Of a stretch of DNA of 64,000 nucleotides, positions 12,101 through 26,038 are shown in pieces. The stretch's first letter is position 1. Every line of letters starts with the position of its first letter. The stretch is taken from NCBI GenBank assembly GCA_964188305.1, contig OZ076893.1. One strand, given 5' to 3'. The notes beneath the pieces are model-generated. The model searched no databases. It saw only the letters and a list, made by a program, of their open reading frames with translations, and had not been told where the DNA came from. This stretch comes from Podarcis bocagei. Lineage: Eukaryota. The position numbers were made by a program, and so were the translations under genes.

Positions 12101-13149
12101 TATCCATAAACTTTTGCTCTGCACAAACTGGAAACATAAGCATAGCCTCCATTTTAAACTAAAAAGTGTGTGAAACTTCAAGTTTACTTTTTGTGGGGAT
12201 TGGCATTTCCACTTAGTTGATCTAGTAAAATAAATTATCTCCGCTTCTATTAATTTGTATTCACACCAAAGGCATGCAGCTTATAAGTACAGATTTTATG
12301 ACACAGCTCTTTGTGACAGTCTCCCCAATTCCAGCCAGTCTTGTAAAAAAGTTATTTGTTTTCAATCATCATGTATCATAACCAGCAACAAAAATTCAGT
12401 AAACGGAATTATTACACCTACTGCTCTGAGTTACGAGGAAAGAGAAAAAAGGGTGGCAGTGCAAGGATATAGTTTCTTAAACCTTTCCTTTTATCACCCT
12501 TGGAGAAAAAGGAATAGTGAGGACCATTCAAGGTCCAACTTGCAAGAACCCAAGTTGGTTGTAAGGGGAGGGGTGAAAGCATAGCAATGGAGTATAGCCT
12601 TACATACAAAAGATTCAGGCTCATTATCTGTCATATTCAATTAAAAATATCAGATTTCAAGTGATGGAAAATATTATGAGACCCTAGAAAGCTGCTGCCA
12701 GTAACCAAAAACTGGGCTCCCAGAACCTTCTCAAGGCTTGGAACAAAATCGAATTCATTCTTTATCAATTTGTTCTCAGGTTGTAGTATTGCAATCTCAG
12801 TGCCTTTTAATTCCGTGGGTCGCAACTGTAGCTGAGCACAGAGTCCCACTGCAATACCCGCTGCAATCAGTGGGCCACAGGAGGGTGTGGCACAAGAGAA
12901 AAAGGAAGATAGGCCTTAACAGCTACTGACCCAAGATGGCTAACATAAGCAAATTCTATCGTTAAACACAAGTGATTTAACTTGACTGTCACACAAAATA
13001 AATAAGCTGTATAAGTCATAATTAGTGTATACAGTAGTGGCATTAATGTGTCATTTTAAAAGTTCATAAAAGGCTAACAAAGCTCACTGGACACATTTTA
13101 TCCTCACCTCTGAAACAACTTCTGATAATGTTGCATTATTTTATTGTTG

Positions 13150-13198
13150 TTAGCCGCCCTGAGCCCGGCTTCGGCTGGGGAGGGCGGGATATAAATAA

Positions 13199-13251
<53 letters not shown>
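13150..13251 (+). mobile_element. L2 extreme 3' end with (TTA)n tail
   Basis: ttagccgccctgagcccggcttcggctggggagggcgggatataaataaat(tat)n. Confidence 0.75.
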
Positions 13252-13342
13252 CCTAAATGCAAAGGGCGCTGAAGATTAAGTTTAGTTTATGACACCTTTC
13301 ATTGCTGTTGTGGGGATAAAATGCAACATGAACCGTGAACTA

Positions 13343-13575
13343 CAGTGGTACCTCGGGTTAAGTACTTAATTCATTCTGGAGGTCCGTTCTTAACCTGAAA
13401 CTGTTCTTAACCTGAAGCACCACTTTAGCTAATGGGGCCTCCCGCTGCAGCCGCGCCGCAGGAGCCCAATTTCTGCTCTTATCCTGAAGCAAAGTTCTTA
13501 ACCCGAGGCAATATTTCTGGGTTAGCAGAGTCTGTAGCCTGAAGCGTATGTAACCTGAAGCGTATGTATACCACT
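13343..13575. mobile_element. Tc1/mariner-type MITE, right TIR damaged
   Basis: TA followed by the cagtggtacctcgggttaag TIR. The body is the reverse complement of 62869-63114. Confidence 0.82.
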
Positions 13576-16500
13576 TTGAAAAGTGGCATAAAAATTCTGG
13601 TAATCTCAAAAAAAAAAAAATGCAAATATCTGAATTATCCTATTTGTACTTTTTGTTTTCCAGAGAAGTTGAAGCTAATATAAATTCCACTATAGATTAT
13701 GAACATTTTAAACGATTCTCAGGTTACTCCCTGTGAGTGGAAGCAATGTCACTTAGTGTCATGCATAACAGGCGGGTTTCGTCCTCATCACAATGTTGGC
13801 CCTATGTAAATCTCTTTATTTTTCCCAATAAGTCAGCTAAAATAGTGTATACAAGGACTCATATTATAACGAGGGCTAGATTTCGTCCTTATGATCTGTG
13901 AGCCATGCTGCAGTCAATTTAGACAGATCTATCCCATAGATCTCAAAAGGAAAAGAATTGTGTTCAAAATTCTCCAAAGAGACTGGTGTTCCAAGGTTTT
14001 CAAGTGACTATGCAATGAGAAACCACAATATTTTTTTAACTTGTTCTTCTGCTTGATGGCTCTCAATAAATTCACTGCAAATATATTCTGTCATACTGAA
14101 GAACACCTCGCAGGTGACAGAACACAATATTTTTTAATGCTGCTCTTCATCCTTTTTTTTTTAATTACAAACTTTATACTTCTCATCTTAATGATCCAGC
14201 TGTGATACTTACCCCAACCTCCTTCTGTTAATCATTGTATAATTTTCCAGAGACATGAATCGCATTCTGAAGCCCATTAGCGCTTCTTGCCATGACATAT
14301 GGCTCTATTTTGATATCCCATTTGGTTAAAAAAAAAAAGATTTAGGAAAATGCACATAAAAGCTACGGTCAGAGGCCAATCCAACTAGTTAAGTTGTACT
14401 GCATCCTATTGAAATCCTCTGAATTGGAAGCATTAATAGTTAATGAAGGACAGCAGCATGCTATTTAGTTAAGATCACTTTCCACTTTTTCTACTGTTTT
14501 CTCACTAGTCAGGCACAATTGTGATAAAGGAGTCAATCACAATTAACTTTCATCCCACACTTTCTAGGCACAGATCCATGGTTTAAAGCATCGTGTTCCA
14601 AGGGCTCTTTTTGGCCCCAGCACTTTCTCTATGAAATCCCTTCTTTAACATTACTGTAAATTGGAAAAGATGGCAAACTGGGTTTTCTGTGGATTGACAT
14701 TTGCTCCAGTTTGCAGCAGTAAAGTGTAGATTATCACTGGGAAAGTGCCAGTGGGAAAAAGTGCTTAGACACAGCGCTTTAAAGTGCGGACCTGTTCCTG
14801 GAATTCAGAAAGGAGCCCACAATATTATCTGGTTAAGATATGTGTATTAGAAGATGGTGGTGTTTCCTAGTGAAATTTTCAGCAGTTCTGTTGGTAAACT
14901 TGATGTATGTGTGTACACACACACATACACACACTCTATCTCCGTGTATTTATGTAAATAACTATTTTAGTACTGAGCCCATTCACCAGAGACCTATACT
15001 GGTAATACACAGAAGCAGTAAACGTACTAATCTTACACTCTTATCCAAAATACATAAACTACGGTAAGACCTACTGAAGTCAGTGAGACTTTGTATAGGA
15101 TGAGAATAGAATAATAACCTACTCACTCCACATTGTATTTCATTAATGTCTAATTACTATTAAGTGTATCCTAAGCATCCCTACATTTAAGCATACATAA
15201 CTCATTTTAAATGCACAAAATGCTTATAGCCATTAGCACTCATTTCCTTACAGTTCAGTAAGGTCAGTACTGCAATGACATTAATTCAGATTGCCATGCT
15301 ACAGAAGCCATCTAAAAAGTGATCTGTGTATTCAGAAAACAATCATGTGTACAGACAAATCAATTTGTTTTTTTAAATAACAGTGTAGCATTTTTCACTG
15401 CCAAATGATACTTCTTTTAAAACCGAAGAACAGCTTGGATCTTTGGCAGTGGGAAAACAAGAAACAAAGCACTTATTGTGCACGAAAGCTTTCTCCAATG
15501 TCAGCATACCAGTTTTTGGATTACAAACCAAGCCCTGTGGCTGTGAAAATGTCACTTGTACAAAGCCAACTAAACCCTCAACTCAAGTAACACATTATGG
15601 GTCCAACAAAATCATATCACAGTAGGCCCACTAAAATCAATGGACCTAAGTTCATGATGTCCATTGATTTCACGTGGTTTACTCTAAACATGACTTAGGT
15701 GGATTCAACTTTCTGTCTATATTGCAAAGGCTTCATCACAATGTCTATCGAAAAAGGTGCACCAATTCATTCAAAGGAAAAAAATAATATATAAAACATG
15801 GTATGGAATCAGAGAGAATGTCATTCCATTAAAGTATGGTATACATTTGTAAAACTACCAGACATACCAGATATATATGAAAATGCTTCATGTAATATAA
15901 TAACACTGAAGATATCCTCATACATCATATGCTATAGACTATCAATACAATTACCTCTCGGGGGGGTGTATCAGTCTTTCTCCTCACATGACATACATTT
16001 TTATAATTGCACTTTAATTACAAGTTCCAGATGTGTGAACTCACTTGAAACATCCTTAGACTGATACTACAACAAAAAGCATATTAATTTCTATCATTCC
16101 CTCTAATAACAGACTTGGGTGGTTGAGTGCCAATCAGTTTGGAAGCAAAATGGAGCGATCCAAAAATAATGCATAGTTCTTGCATAGTTATGGGACTCCC
16201 TAGGTATATATGTGTTTTTAGAAGAAAAATTATTAAAAACCCCCCAAACCCTGTGTAGTAAAGACTGGTCAGCTACTTGGATATGCCTGAAAAACCGAGG
16301 TGTCAGTAAGAGGGGAGGAAGAAGGTGAGCGTTTAGCAGGGGTGCTTAGAGGAAACTAGACTACTCAAGCTCCTAAGAACTTATGCTAAAGTATTCATGA
16401 GGAGAAAGGACTAGGTTTGGGGGTGCATATCATGCAGTCAAAAAAAGTCTTCCTTAACTATACAGAGATGAAGGAAGGCAAGGAAAAGGTAAACATTTTC

Positions 16501-17571
16501 CATCCTGAATTTCCAGAATCAGCCCCTCCCAGCCGCACTATATAGCTATGAAACACACAAGTATTATAACTGTCAGCTAGAACCAAACTTGAGCCATCTA
16601 GCACTATGTATCTCAGCAGGGGAATGTGGGAGAGAAGAGAGAAAAGGATTGTTTCCCCACTCCTGAAATTCCCCTCTTCATCTGAAGCCTGAACTGGTTC
16701 CTGTCCCAAGCTGGATGAAGCTCAGAGCAAAAGCACTTCTCTAAGGAGGTGAGGATGAACTGAACCATTTTGTCATAGGTTTTATTTGTTCTCGCAAACA
16801 TGTAATGAAATCCCCAAGCATGACAATAACCCTCTTCAGGCTTTCCGGCATCTGTGTACACTAACACGACAGCGGCATGTGAAGGAATCAGCATGCTAGC
16901 ACCACTTTCATACTCCGAAAGTTGGAGGGCAGCTGTGTGAAGTCATGGCGCAGACCCCTGCAAAATGAACAGAAGCAAACTCCCAGCTTCAGACTGTTGC
17001 TGTCACTTATTGGAGGGCAATGGGGAAAAGGAGAGGCAAGCATGCTCATACACACAAACACACACACAAACACACACTTTAGTGTACAGCACACCAATGC
17101 TGGAACACAAAAAGTGGGTGCAAGTCCTCTACAGATTCAAAGGATCCCAAATTCATCCTTCTTTCCTCACCGGGAAAACTGACACATCAACCAATCTCAA
17201 AATGAGCTCAAGTTGACTCCATACCAACAATCTGTGGTGTTTCCTAGGAACGTGTTTTTGTTTTGTTTTGTTTTTAAGGCTGTGGTGCTGATAGTACTAA
17301 CAATCACATGAATCATGTACCACCTTGTCTTCATACATGGACAGCTAAAGATAGTCACAACCAATTCAGTTGCAGAAGGAAGCATCTTGCGTGAAGTGGC
17401 CATGATGAGGTTGCAATAGGATTTTGTCTTGGCAGCTTCCCACTCCCAGCTAAACAGCAGATCGACAGAACTGCAGCTTTATTAAAGCGACACTGAGTGG
17501 CTGCTCAGAATACCTTCTACTGAATCGGCCATGGACTTTTTAGAAATCAGATCCTCCTAATTGAGGGTCCA

Positions 17572-18517
17572 CGTTGCGTGTAGGCCCAAGGCACTCCATC
17601 CCCCCATCCATGGAGGGGGTGGGGGATGAGCCCGAGCACACAGTGGTCCCATGATCACACAACGGCCTGCTGGCCATTCAGAGAGTGGCACTGGCCATTT
17701 GGTTTTCACCTACCTCTTAGCAATCGTCACAACTTTGTAAGCTTGGGCAGTTAGGCATTGGCTTAGTGAGTTGTGGGGGAGGGGAGGTGCAACCATCACC
17801 TGCCCCTCCAGGTACAAGAGTATTCCGGTAAAGGAATGCACAGGTCTGGATTTCGTCCAAAGTCCACTTGGGGGCCTGGGCCATGCCAGGACCCAGCGGG
17901 AACCCCAGGGTGAGCGCCAGTTGATGGCTATCGATGCAGCTCCCTCTTTTGGTGGTTTACCCTTCTAGACTTCCTGCAAGGTGGGCAGGAGTCAGATATA
18001 GTTATTGCCAATGCTGAAGCCAATCCCAGAGGGATGCGTGTGGCATTGTGGTTTAAACCACAGAGCCTAGGGCTTGCCGATCAGAAGGTCAGCGGTTCGA
18101 ATCCCCACGACGGGGTGAGCTCCCATTGCTCGGTCCCTGCTCCTGCCAACCTAGCAGTTTTAAAGCATGTCAAAGAGCAAGTAAATAAACAGGTACCACT
18201 CCAGCGAGAAGGTAAACGGTGTTTCCGTGCGCTGCTCTGGTTCGCCAGAAGTGGCTTTGTCTTGCTGGCCACATGACCCGGAAGCTGTACGCTGGCTCCC
18301 TCGGCCAGTAAAGCGAGATGAGCACCGCAACCTCAGAGTCATCCACGACTGGACCTAATGGTCAGGGGTACCTTTACCTTTTTAAGCCAATACCACTCAC
18401 ATTTCTGTAATCAATAAAGTTTTGGCCTAAATTTTGCCCATTAATGGTTAAACTGAAATTCTGTGTCAATGTGTTTTTATTATCGTTAGGGGTGTGCCAG
18501 GGCCTTGGCGTGCAACA
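17572..18517 (+). mobile_element. LTR-like repeat (solo LTR candidate) interrupted by the Sauria SINE
   Basis: Termini cGTTGC...GCAACA, AATAAA at ~18413, GC-rich body. Homologous to the inverted copy at ~53960-54300 (shared tagcaatcgtcaca, ttaggcattgg, gggaggggaggt, gtattccg). Confidence 0.55.
18031..18383 (+). mobile_element. Sauria SINE, full length
   Basis: tRNA-like head with B box ggttcgaatcc and typical body. Ends in an (ACCTTT)n tail. TSD aagccaatccca at 18017-18028 and aagccaatacca at 18384-18395. Confidence 0.92.
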
Positions 18518-20226
18518 AATTCCACCAGTATTGTTCTCAGAAGTAAATCAAATGTCTTTTCCATGGGTACACTGAGTAGTCCCAAACCCTAAAGATAGTA
18601 CAAAATAAAGATTAAACAACTGTTACATTAAGCAAGTAGTAGTGTCTGCTGCTTTTTCCCACCTGGAAAAAAAGTTAAGCTTTCTAGGCAAAACAGATGT
18701 TTTCTATGTGAGCAAAAATTATGAATACATTTAACTGAATGTTTATAGCAATAGCATCTGATTCTATGTAAAAGCGCACCCTGGGTCTTTAATATTATAA
18801 TTAGAATGCAAGACAGGTGGGTTATTTGTACTGGTTTGCATTTTTTTATTTAAAAAAACAACTCCAATACAAGAAAACCCATAAATAATTGGGGTCAGAG
18901 TCTTAGTGCTTTCATTTATCCATCCTTTTATCAGAGCAAACTAAATATTAATGATAAAGAATCTTAACAGAAAGAGGTTTCACCCACAATGGAAAAGTTC
19001 GTGGAAAAACAGGGGTTTGTGGGGAGAGGGATGCAGACACCAAACTGATTATATATAAAATGATATGAGTTTATTGAAGTGAATGCTAACAATCACCCAG
19101 TAAGAAGACATTTATTTCTTAATATCGGAGATGGACGATGATGTAAACCACTTCTATTCCTTACTCAGCCACAGTTATGATTTTGCTTTCTTTTATTGAT
19201 TTGTTCATCTTGATATTTTGCAGTTGTATTTTTTAAAATTAATAAATATTTTTTAAAAATGAAAAAAAAGAGGGAGAGAGAAGCAAACTAGCAATTGGAG
19301 CTCTGTCATACTTTTTTCTTGCTCAGTGGAATAAAACCCTCAGCTAAAATCTCCTATGAATCAGCAGAAAGTATACTGGATTTCCTATCAGAGAATGTTA
19401 TATCTCACTGCAGCAAAAGCAAAGTTGCTTTAGGGCTTTACCTCTCATCTTCAACCCCATGTATGAAAAATGGAAAAATGAAAGTCCTCCAACACACAAC
19501 TGATATGAAGGCCAATCAAATCAATATCATTAGAGACACATTAGTACATTACTGCTTGATACACGAGTATAAAAAATGGTGAAAGTCAACTAAGCTTTGT
19601 AATTTTTCATCTAAATATGTTGTTGATTTATTAATTAATACATCTTTTTCTAGCAAAACAGAATGATGAAGCAGGTTATTGCTGTTCTGCTTAAGGTAAA
19701 TCATTCTTTAAAATAAATATAATACAACTAAAGGTACCAGCTTGTTAGTTTAAAAGATTATGTAAAATTCACATGCACAGCTCGGTATGCACCAATCTGT
19801 CCATTTTCGTTCTCTCTGTTTCTAACTTTTCCTATCTTAAATTCTGTTCTCTATATTCCTGCAGCAACTTGCAAATTTTGTTGAAAAACTCGTGAAAAAT
19901 TTTGTACATTGCTTTCACTAATGCATGCATTTTTGTACACACTGTTTCAGCTTGAGAACTGCATCACAAAATTCATAAAAGCACAAATATAGAAAGATAG
20001 CTTGCTAGTTTTGAGAAGCGCAAATTAGATAGCTTCCCATTAAAATGCAAACAAAATTGAATTTCTTCCCCATCTCTATACAACACCTCACAAAACCTTT
20101 GAACTTCTGGTTCAAAACTATCCTTTAGACTTTTGGCACACTGTGTGCTCCCCTTCAACACTCCTTTGCATATCCACTTATTTTCTGCAAACAGTAGAGA
20201 TGCCCACTCCTGTTCTCTCCTACATA

Positions 20227-20463
20227 CAGTGGTACCTCGGTCTACAAACTTAATCTGTTCCGGAAGTCCGTTCTTAAACCAAAAACCATTATTAAACTGA
20301 GGTGTGCTTTCCCTAATGAGGCCTCCCACCACTGGTGCCCTTCCACTGTTTTGATTCCGTTCTTAGACTGATGTTCACAAGCCGGGACACTACTTCCAGT
20401 TTTGCAGAGTTCGTAAACTGAAGAGTTCGTAAACAGGGCTGTTCTTAAACCGAGGTACCACTG
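20227..20463. mobile_element. Tc1/mariner-type MITE
   Basis: TA|cagtggtacctcgg ... ccgaggtaccactg|TA: perfect 14-bp TIR with TA TSD. Confidence 0.9.
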
Positions 20464-21229
20464 TACTTAGATACCTCCACCACCACTTCCGACTAGGATG
20501 TATTCCTTATTGATAAGTGAGATTTAGAATTCCCATCTTCACCACCAAGTGATCCCAGGGCAGAAGTGCATATCCTCAATTTTGAAAAACGGGGAAAAAA
20601 ACAAAACCCATATCATATAACCACATTACTTTTAAAATGATTGTGGACTCTTTATCAGAAGAAGAATAGGGGGAGTATGACCCAGTTATTTTTACTTGAT
20701 CTCTCAGTGGCTTCATCAAGGTATCCTTCTGAGCAGGCTTAGAAGGGTGAGTATTGGAAGCTCTGTTTTACAGTGGCTCCAATCCTACCTATGGGGTTGG
20801 TTTCAGAATATAACATTGGATGATTATCTTTTGGCTCCCTAGCTGAGGGATGCTACAGAGTACCATCTTCTTCCCAGTGCTGTTTAACACCCACATGAAG
20901 CCATTGAGATCAGTTATTAGGAGATTTGTGTTGTCAATAATCTCCTCTACTTTTCTGCAACTGATATGATTCAGTTGAGACCATGCAAACATTGCACCAA
21001 TGCCTAGACTCAGTGGTGAGCTGGATGATGACCCATAAACTGATTTTCATTCCTGGCAATAGCAAGAAACTATGGGTGAATAGTTCCTGAATCCTGGATA
21101 TTGGTCCACTGGATATTGGTTTTGTATGGGGTTGTATGCCCGCTGAAAGAGCAGGTTCATAATCTGGGGGTGCTTCAGCATCCATCTTTGTTGCTAGAGG
21201 CCCAGGTGACCTCAGTGGCTAGCAGTGCC

Positions 21230-21900
21230 TTTTTCAGCTCTGGTTGGTTCACCAGCGACAGTTCTTTTAGACAGAGATGACATGGCCACTGTACTCCATG
21301 CTATGGTAACTTGCAGTTTAGAATAATGCAATGTACTCTACATGAGGTTGCCTTTGAAGACAACTCAAAAATGTCAACTGTTCCAAAATGCAGCAGCCAG
21401 ATTCCCCCCCCCCCATGTCCCCTGGACATAACACCTGGTTTAAAACAGCTGCAACTGGTTGCCAGTTCATGTCACATTAGTGCTCACAATAGTATTTAAG
21501 ATCCTATGCAATACAGGCCCCAAATATCTGAACAACCAGAACCTCCTGTATTGATCCTCATGGGTGCTGAGATTGACAGCACGGCCCTTTGGTAGTTCCT
21601 CTGCCCTGAGGTTTAGGGGGTGGCAGCCCAAGAGAGGGCATTTTCTGTGGCAGCCTGTAAGTTGTGAGACTCCCACCCCACAGAGATGTGTCTTGCATCT
21701 TCATTATACAGCTTCCAGCAAAAGCTGAAGACGCGCCTCTTTACCCTGGCTTTTGACACCTGAGGATGTATTAGGGACCCACTTTAATTTTGGTGATTGT
21801 AAGTTGTTTAAAACTGTTTTTACTATCATGTGTCAATGCTGTAAGCTGCCCTGGGACCTTAGGGTGATGGGCCAGTAACTAATAATAATAATTATAATAG
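21230..21900 (+). mobile_element. Old L2 3' fragment
   Basis: gagagggcattttctgtggcagcc and tgtaagctgccctggga...(taa)n 3' end. Confidence 0.65.
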
Positions 21901-24620
21901 GCCTGGTGCTTTAATTCTGATTTCACCCAGTGATTTTTTTAGTTCTGACTTTCATTCACTACTGACAGCTGAAGTCCTTCTTCGTAAAGTATATCTCAAT
22001 CTGGCTACATAAATGGTATTCTTTTAAAGAGGCATTTCTTCAAAACGTGGTGGAGTCAGCGGTGTTCTAACAATAACCACAATGGGATCTTGTACAACAC
22101 AACTCCTTCCTGGGCTCCTTGTACGATCTCATCAGAAACATCTTGTTAGGATGCACCTGTCAGTGATCTGCAAACCAGTAATAGAGACTCTGTGTATCTG
22201 GGGATGGGGAAAAGGGTTTCTTTTTTAAAGATGAATCCTTTCTTCTAGTTAGAGAGATAGATTCGTAATAAGAAGACCAGGGAATAGCTGTTTGTTTTCA
22301 TCTATAATCATCTCATTATAGGCAATTTTAATCACTTGCACTTAACAATCAGTTGCACTTAATAATGATCAGTCATTTGAAATGCTATTTTTATCAGTTT
22401 CCCTTGATCAAATAAATAGAGACTTGCAGTTTTTTGGGGGAAGGGGGAGTCTATACACATGCACACACATGCTATCCAAACTTCATCTCCATATCTCTCC
22501 TATTTCTTCCCCACTGTCTTTTGTCAGTCTGTCACTAAAGGACTACAGAACAGAGATATGACAGCAAATCAGGGATAGTATATTCAATCACAATCAAAGT
22601 CTTTGGAAAAGGCACACCATAAGCCTTACAGAGAAAGTGATGGCCTAGAGCACAGTGTATTGTCAGAGGCCTGGAAGCACTTTAGAGCTGTGAAAGGTGT
22701 GGCAGGGGCAGCGGGGGGAATAAGTATCTGAACTGCTGTCTTGATGAGAACTCTGCCTGGCGCTGATTACCTTGGGAAGAAAAGATGCTTAAAACCAAAG
22801 TAAAGAGAAACAGTGCTTGCCACATGTGTTTCATTATGATAATGCTTTGGATGGAACACTACATTTTGATCAGGAGGGAGAACTAACAAAATCCTAGGTA
22901 TCTGGAACTACCCTATGTGCAAAGATAGGATTTCACAGTTGCTGGACTCCAAAAACCAGTTTGGGCAGCTGAAGTTAGCACAAGCATAATCAATGTGCAG
23001 AGATTATTCTACGTCCTTCACCACTATTAAAACTTTGCTAAGCAAGGTGCTGAACATAAGAATGGCCTTTCTATTTGGACCAAGCCCAGCATTCTGGACT
23101 TATATTTACTGACAGATTATATAATAGAATTGTAGGGTTGAAAGGGACCACAAGGCTCCTCTAGCCCAACCTCCTGTGATGCCAGAATATTTTGCCCAAC
23201 ATGGGGCTCAAACCCATGAACGACAGAGCTACCCAAGCATATGATAGCTATATAATCCAGATCTGGAAGTGAATCTGATATTTGCAGCTTGGGCACATCA
23301 CACCATTGTGAACTGACTTATTACCCTGCCACTGATCTGAATATGGGAACTTTGGATTCAAAGGGAGGCAGGTAAGAAGGTAATCTGTCCATTTTAGGTT
23401 CCAAGTTTTACTTTAGAAATTCTGGTGGAAACTGGGAGCTATTGAAATGCCGAGCTCATTGCTTCAGGAGAATTCTTATCAGTATTCTGTCCAAAGCAAA
23501 TAAATTAAAGAACATTAGGGTTGCATGGTTAAGCAGTCAAACAAAATATGGAAATTCCCATAATATGGTTGCATGCACATCTTTAGCTCTGCCTGCCTGT
23601 GTACATGGATTTCCATACAGACTTTAATTACAGTATTTCTCAAATAATATAACAGTGTGTGATATTTCTCCTTCTCCTTCAGCTTCAGACACACATGCAC
23701 AGAATCCGAGAGTGCCATTCGCTATTATTTGTATGCCAAACAATCCCCACTGAAAAACAAAAAAGCACAAAGTAATCCATTTTCACCCAGCATGCTCTAC
23801 AATAACAACAAACATTTGCAGCTCGTCTGCTTCCAAGTCACCTACCCCTTCCTAAATATTGCCAATGTATGTGCAATCAGCCAAATGAGCTCAGCAATTA
23901 AATGCTTCATTCCCTACTCAAGCTAAAAGCTGGTTCATAATGCAGTATACCTGCCACAGTTCCACCTTTTTTTTTAGCTACTGTGATTGCAGGAACAACT
24001 AAGGCTGCCAAGAAGTTGTGTGTGTGCATTCATGGAGAGCTCAGCTCATGCATTATGTTTGCCTTCCCCAACATGGTGCTCCCTCAAATGCTGATGGACT
24101 TCAACCCCCACCTGCACTAGCCAACATGGCCAATGGTCAAGGATGATGGGTTCAACATCTGGAGGGCTGAACATTGGAGAAAGCTTTCTTATGTTATGGT
24201 TTGGTATGGGAGAACTAAATGGATCCTCAGGTAATGTGTGAACTGTGGAAATGGAACAAGTATCCCAGAAATAGCAAGAGGTTTGTGGACAACATCACAA
24301 ATCCATGGGGGCGGGGAGAAAGTGGTGCTGAGCAAATGTGATGTGAAGCAATTAATTGGAAGCTACTGAAATACCAAGCTCATTTCCTCAGAAGAATTCT
24401 TACCAATATTCAGTTCAAAGCAAACAAATTAAATGATGTTATTCAATTGCACAGCATGGGGGAAAGACATGAGGATGCAACTCTGGTCTTTGCATCTATT
24501 ACTTTATCCAGTGATGTTCCTTAAAGTGCTATCCAAAAAGGTCAATTCCATAAGAAAAGGCAAATGCTTGAAAATCTAATAGCTGTAAAACAGCCATTTA
24601 AACAATCTGTTATTCCCTAA

Positions 24621-24830
24621 ATATAAGAACATAAGAAGAAGCCTGCCTATTTAGTCCAGTATCCTGGCTCCCTCAAGAGCTAACTAGATGCATCCGGGAA
24701 GCCCATAAGAAGGGTCTGCCTCATTGTTCTTCCCTAACCACTAGTACTGCTTCTTATCCTGGAGGAATCATACAGCCATTGTGTCTAGTAACTCTATCCT
24801 CCATTAATATAAGTAACCTCCTGCTTTAGG
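24621..24830 (-). mobile_element. CR1-type 3' end fragment
   Basis: ataagaacataagaa octamer-repeat tail followed by ttagtccagtatcctg. Confidence 0.6.
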
Positions 24831-25624
24831 GAATCTTAATTATCTAAACAGCCTCATTTCTGGAAATAAAGAAATCTTATTACAAAACTGAATCTATATA
24901 TTATGTACTAAGAAATCTAACTTCTGATGTTTTTCTTCTCTGATTCTTTCATATTACATTGTTTAAGACTGGGATCCTTAATTCAACATTAATTCAGTGA
25001 CACCTCTGTATATGATTGCACTGTACATCCCCCTTTAAAGTCATCTAAATTGGTGGTCATCACCACATCATCTGGAAGTGAATTCCACAGTTTAACTGTG
25101 GTTCAATTCCTCCCAAGGGGAGGCTTCAGAAAGCTTAGAGGCAGATTAGTATAGAACCCCAGAGGTAAATTTTATCTTCCAAGTCAGGCTTTGAAAGTGG
25201 CACTTTGGGAAACATAAGACCTTTTGAGACAGTTTCTGCTCAAGCCAAACACATTTATTTTCCATTAAGGCCCACAAACCCTTGCAATTGCTTTCCTGAT
25301 CCCACTGGCCAAGGGGCCGAGCATATTTCACAAAAGGTTCAGTGTCACTGTCATGGATACTAACAGTAGTGCCAGAGGTACCAATGGGGCTGAAGATTTT
25401 ACACAGGTCTACCAGTGTGAGTGAAAATGGAAAGGTAGCAACAAACAAGAATCACACTTGAGGGATTTGTAGCATAAGGCCCAAGTCTTCTGAAATAAAT
25501 GAATCTTACTTCCAAGTAGATGTCTCTTTACCACAACTTATTCTACAATAATTCATGATCACAATTTTAGTGGCTTCTGACAGACAAGTATCTCTGCCGT
25601 AGGACATTTGATCAGATCTCCTAC

Positions 25625-25834
25625 CTTTCCTACATAGAGGGGATCATTTCCCATGTATTCCTCCAGCACGAAGAACTGATTCCACACCCAGCTGCGTTTG
25701 GTTCGTGATCTCCCAGATTGGAAATAGGGCTTTGACCTGGATCTAGGGAGTTCTGTTTGACTCATCCCAGAAAGACAGAGGAAAAGAGCTATTATCTGCA
25801 AAAAATGGCAGAACTCCACCTTGCCAAACTTCAT
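25625..25834 (-). CDS. CDH7: Cadherin-7, first coding exon (aa 1-70)
   Basis: ATG at 25834 gives [70 protein letters not shown], near-identical to the recalled amniote CDH7 N-terminus. It has a signal peptide, short propeptide, RTKR furin site and W2/W4 type-II cadherin motif. It ends at a phase-0 donor AAG|GTAGGA (GT 25624-25623). The next exon (LHSD...) was not found in the window. Confidence 0.97.
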
Positions 25835-26038
25835 TTTTTCTTCTTCTCCCTGTGTGAGGAAAATAAAAAATAAAAAACCTTGACAAGAGAGAGTGGGCAC
25901 AGTTCCAGTTGGCTTAGTAGCTGTAGCCTCCAGCAGGATGTCAGCTGGGAGTCCAGAGATAATAATTTGTGGAGTGTTCGATTAAAAAAGGTCTCCACTA
26001 CTGAATAGCCTTCACAAGAGAAATGGTGTAAGAGGCAC
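25835..26038 (-). other. CDH7: 5'UTR part of the CDH7 first coding exon
   Basis: Polypyrimidine tract and acceptor cttttctgtttttcctttatAG|GTGCC (AG at 26040-26039). The 204-nt UTR contains no upstream ATG. Confidence 0.7.

Noticed and set aside
1-25600. CDH7 next coding exon (LHSD...DINDN)
   Set aside because: No such peptide was seen in the ORF track or by reading. It probably lies beyond the left edge.
25835-25900. N-terminal extension of CDH7 from GTG 25900, and read-through past K70
   Set aside because: Homology starts at MKFGK and ends at the GT donor. The flanks are UTR and intron.
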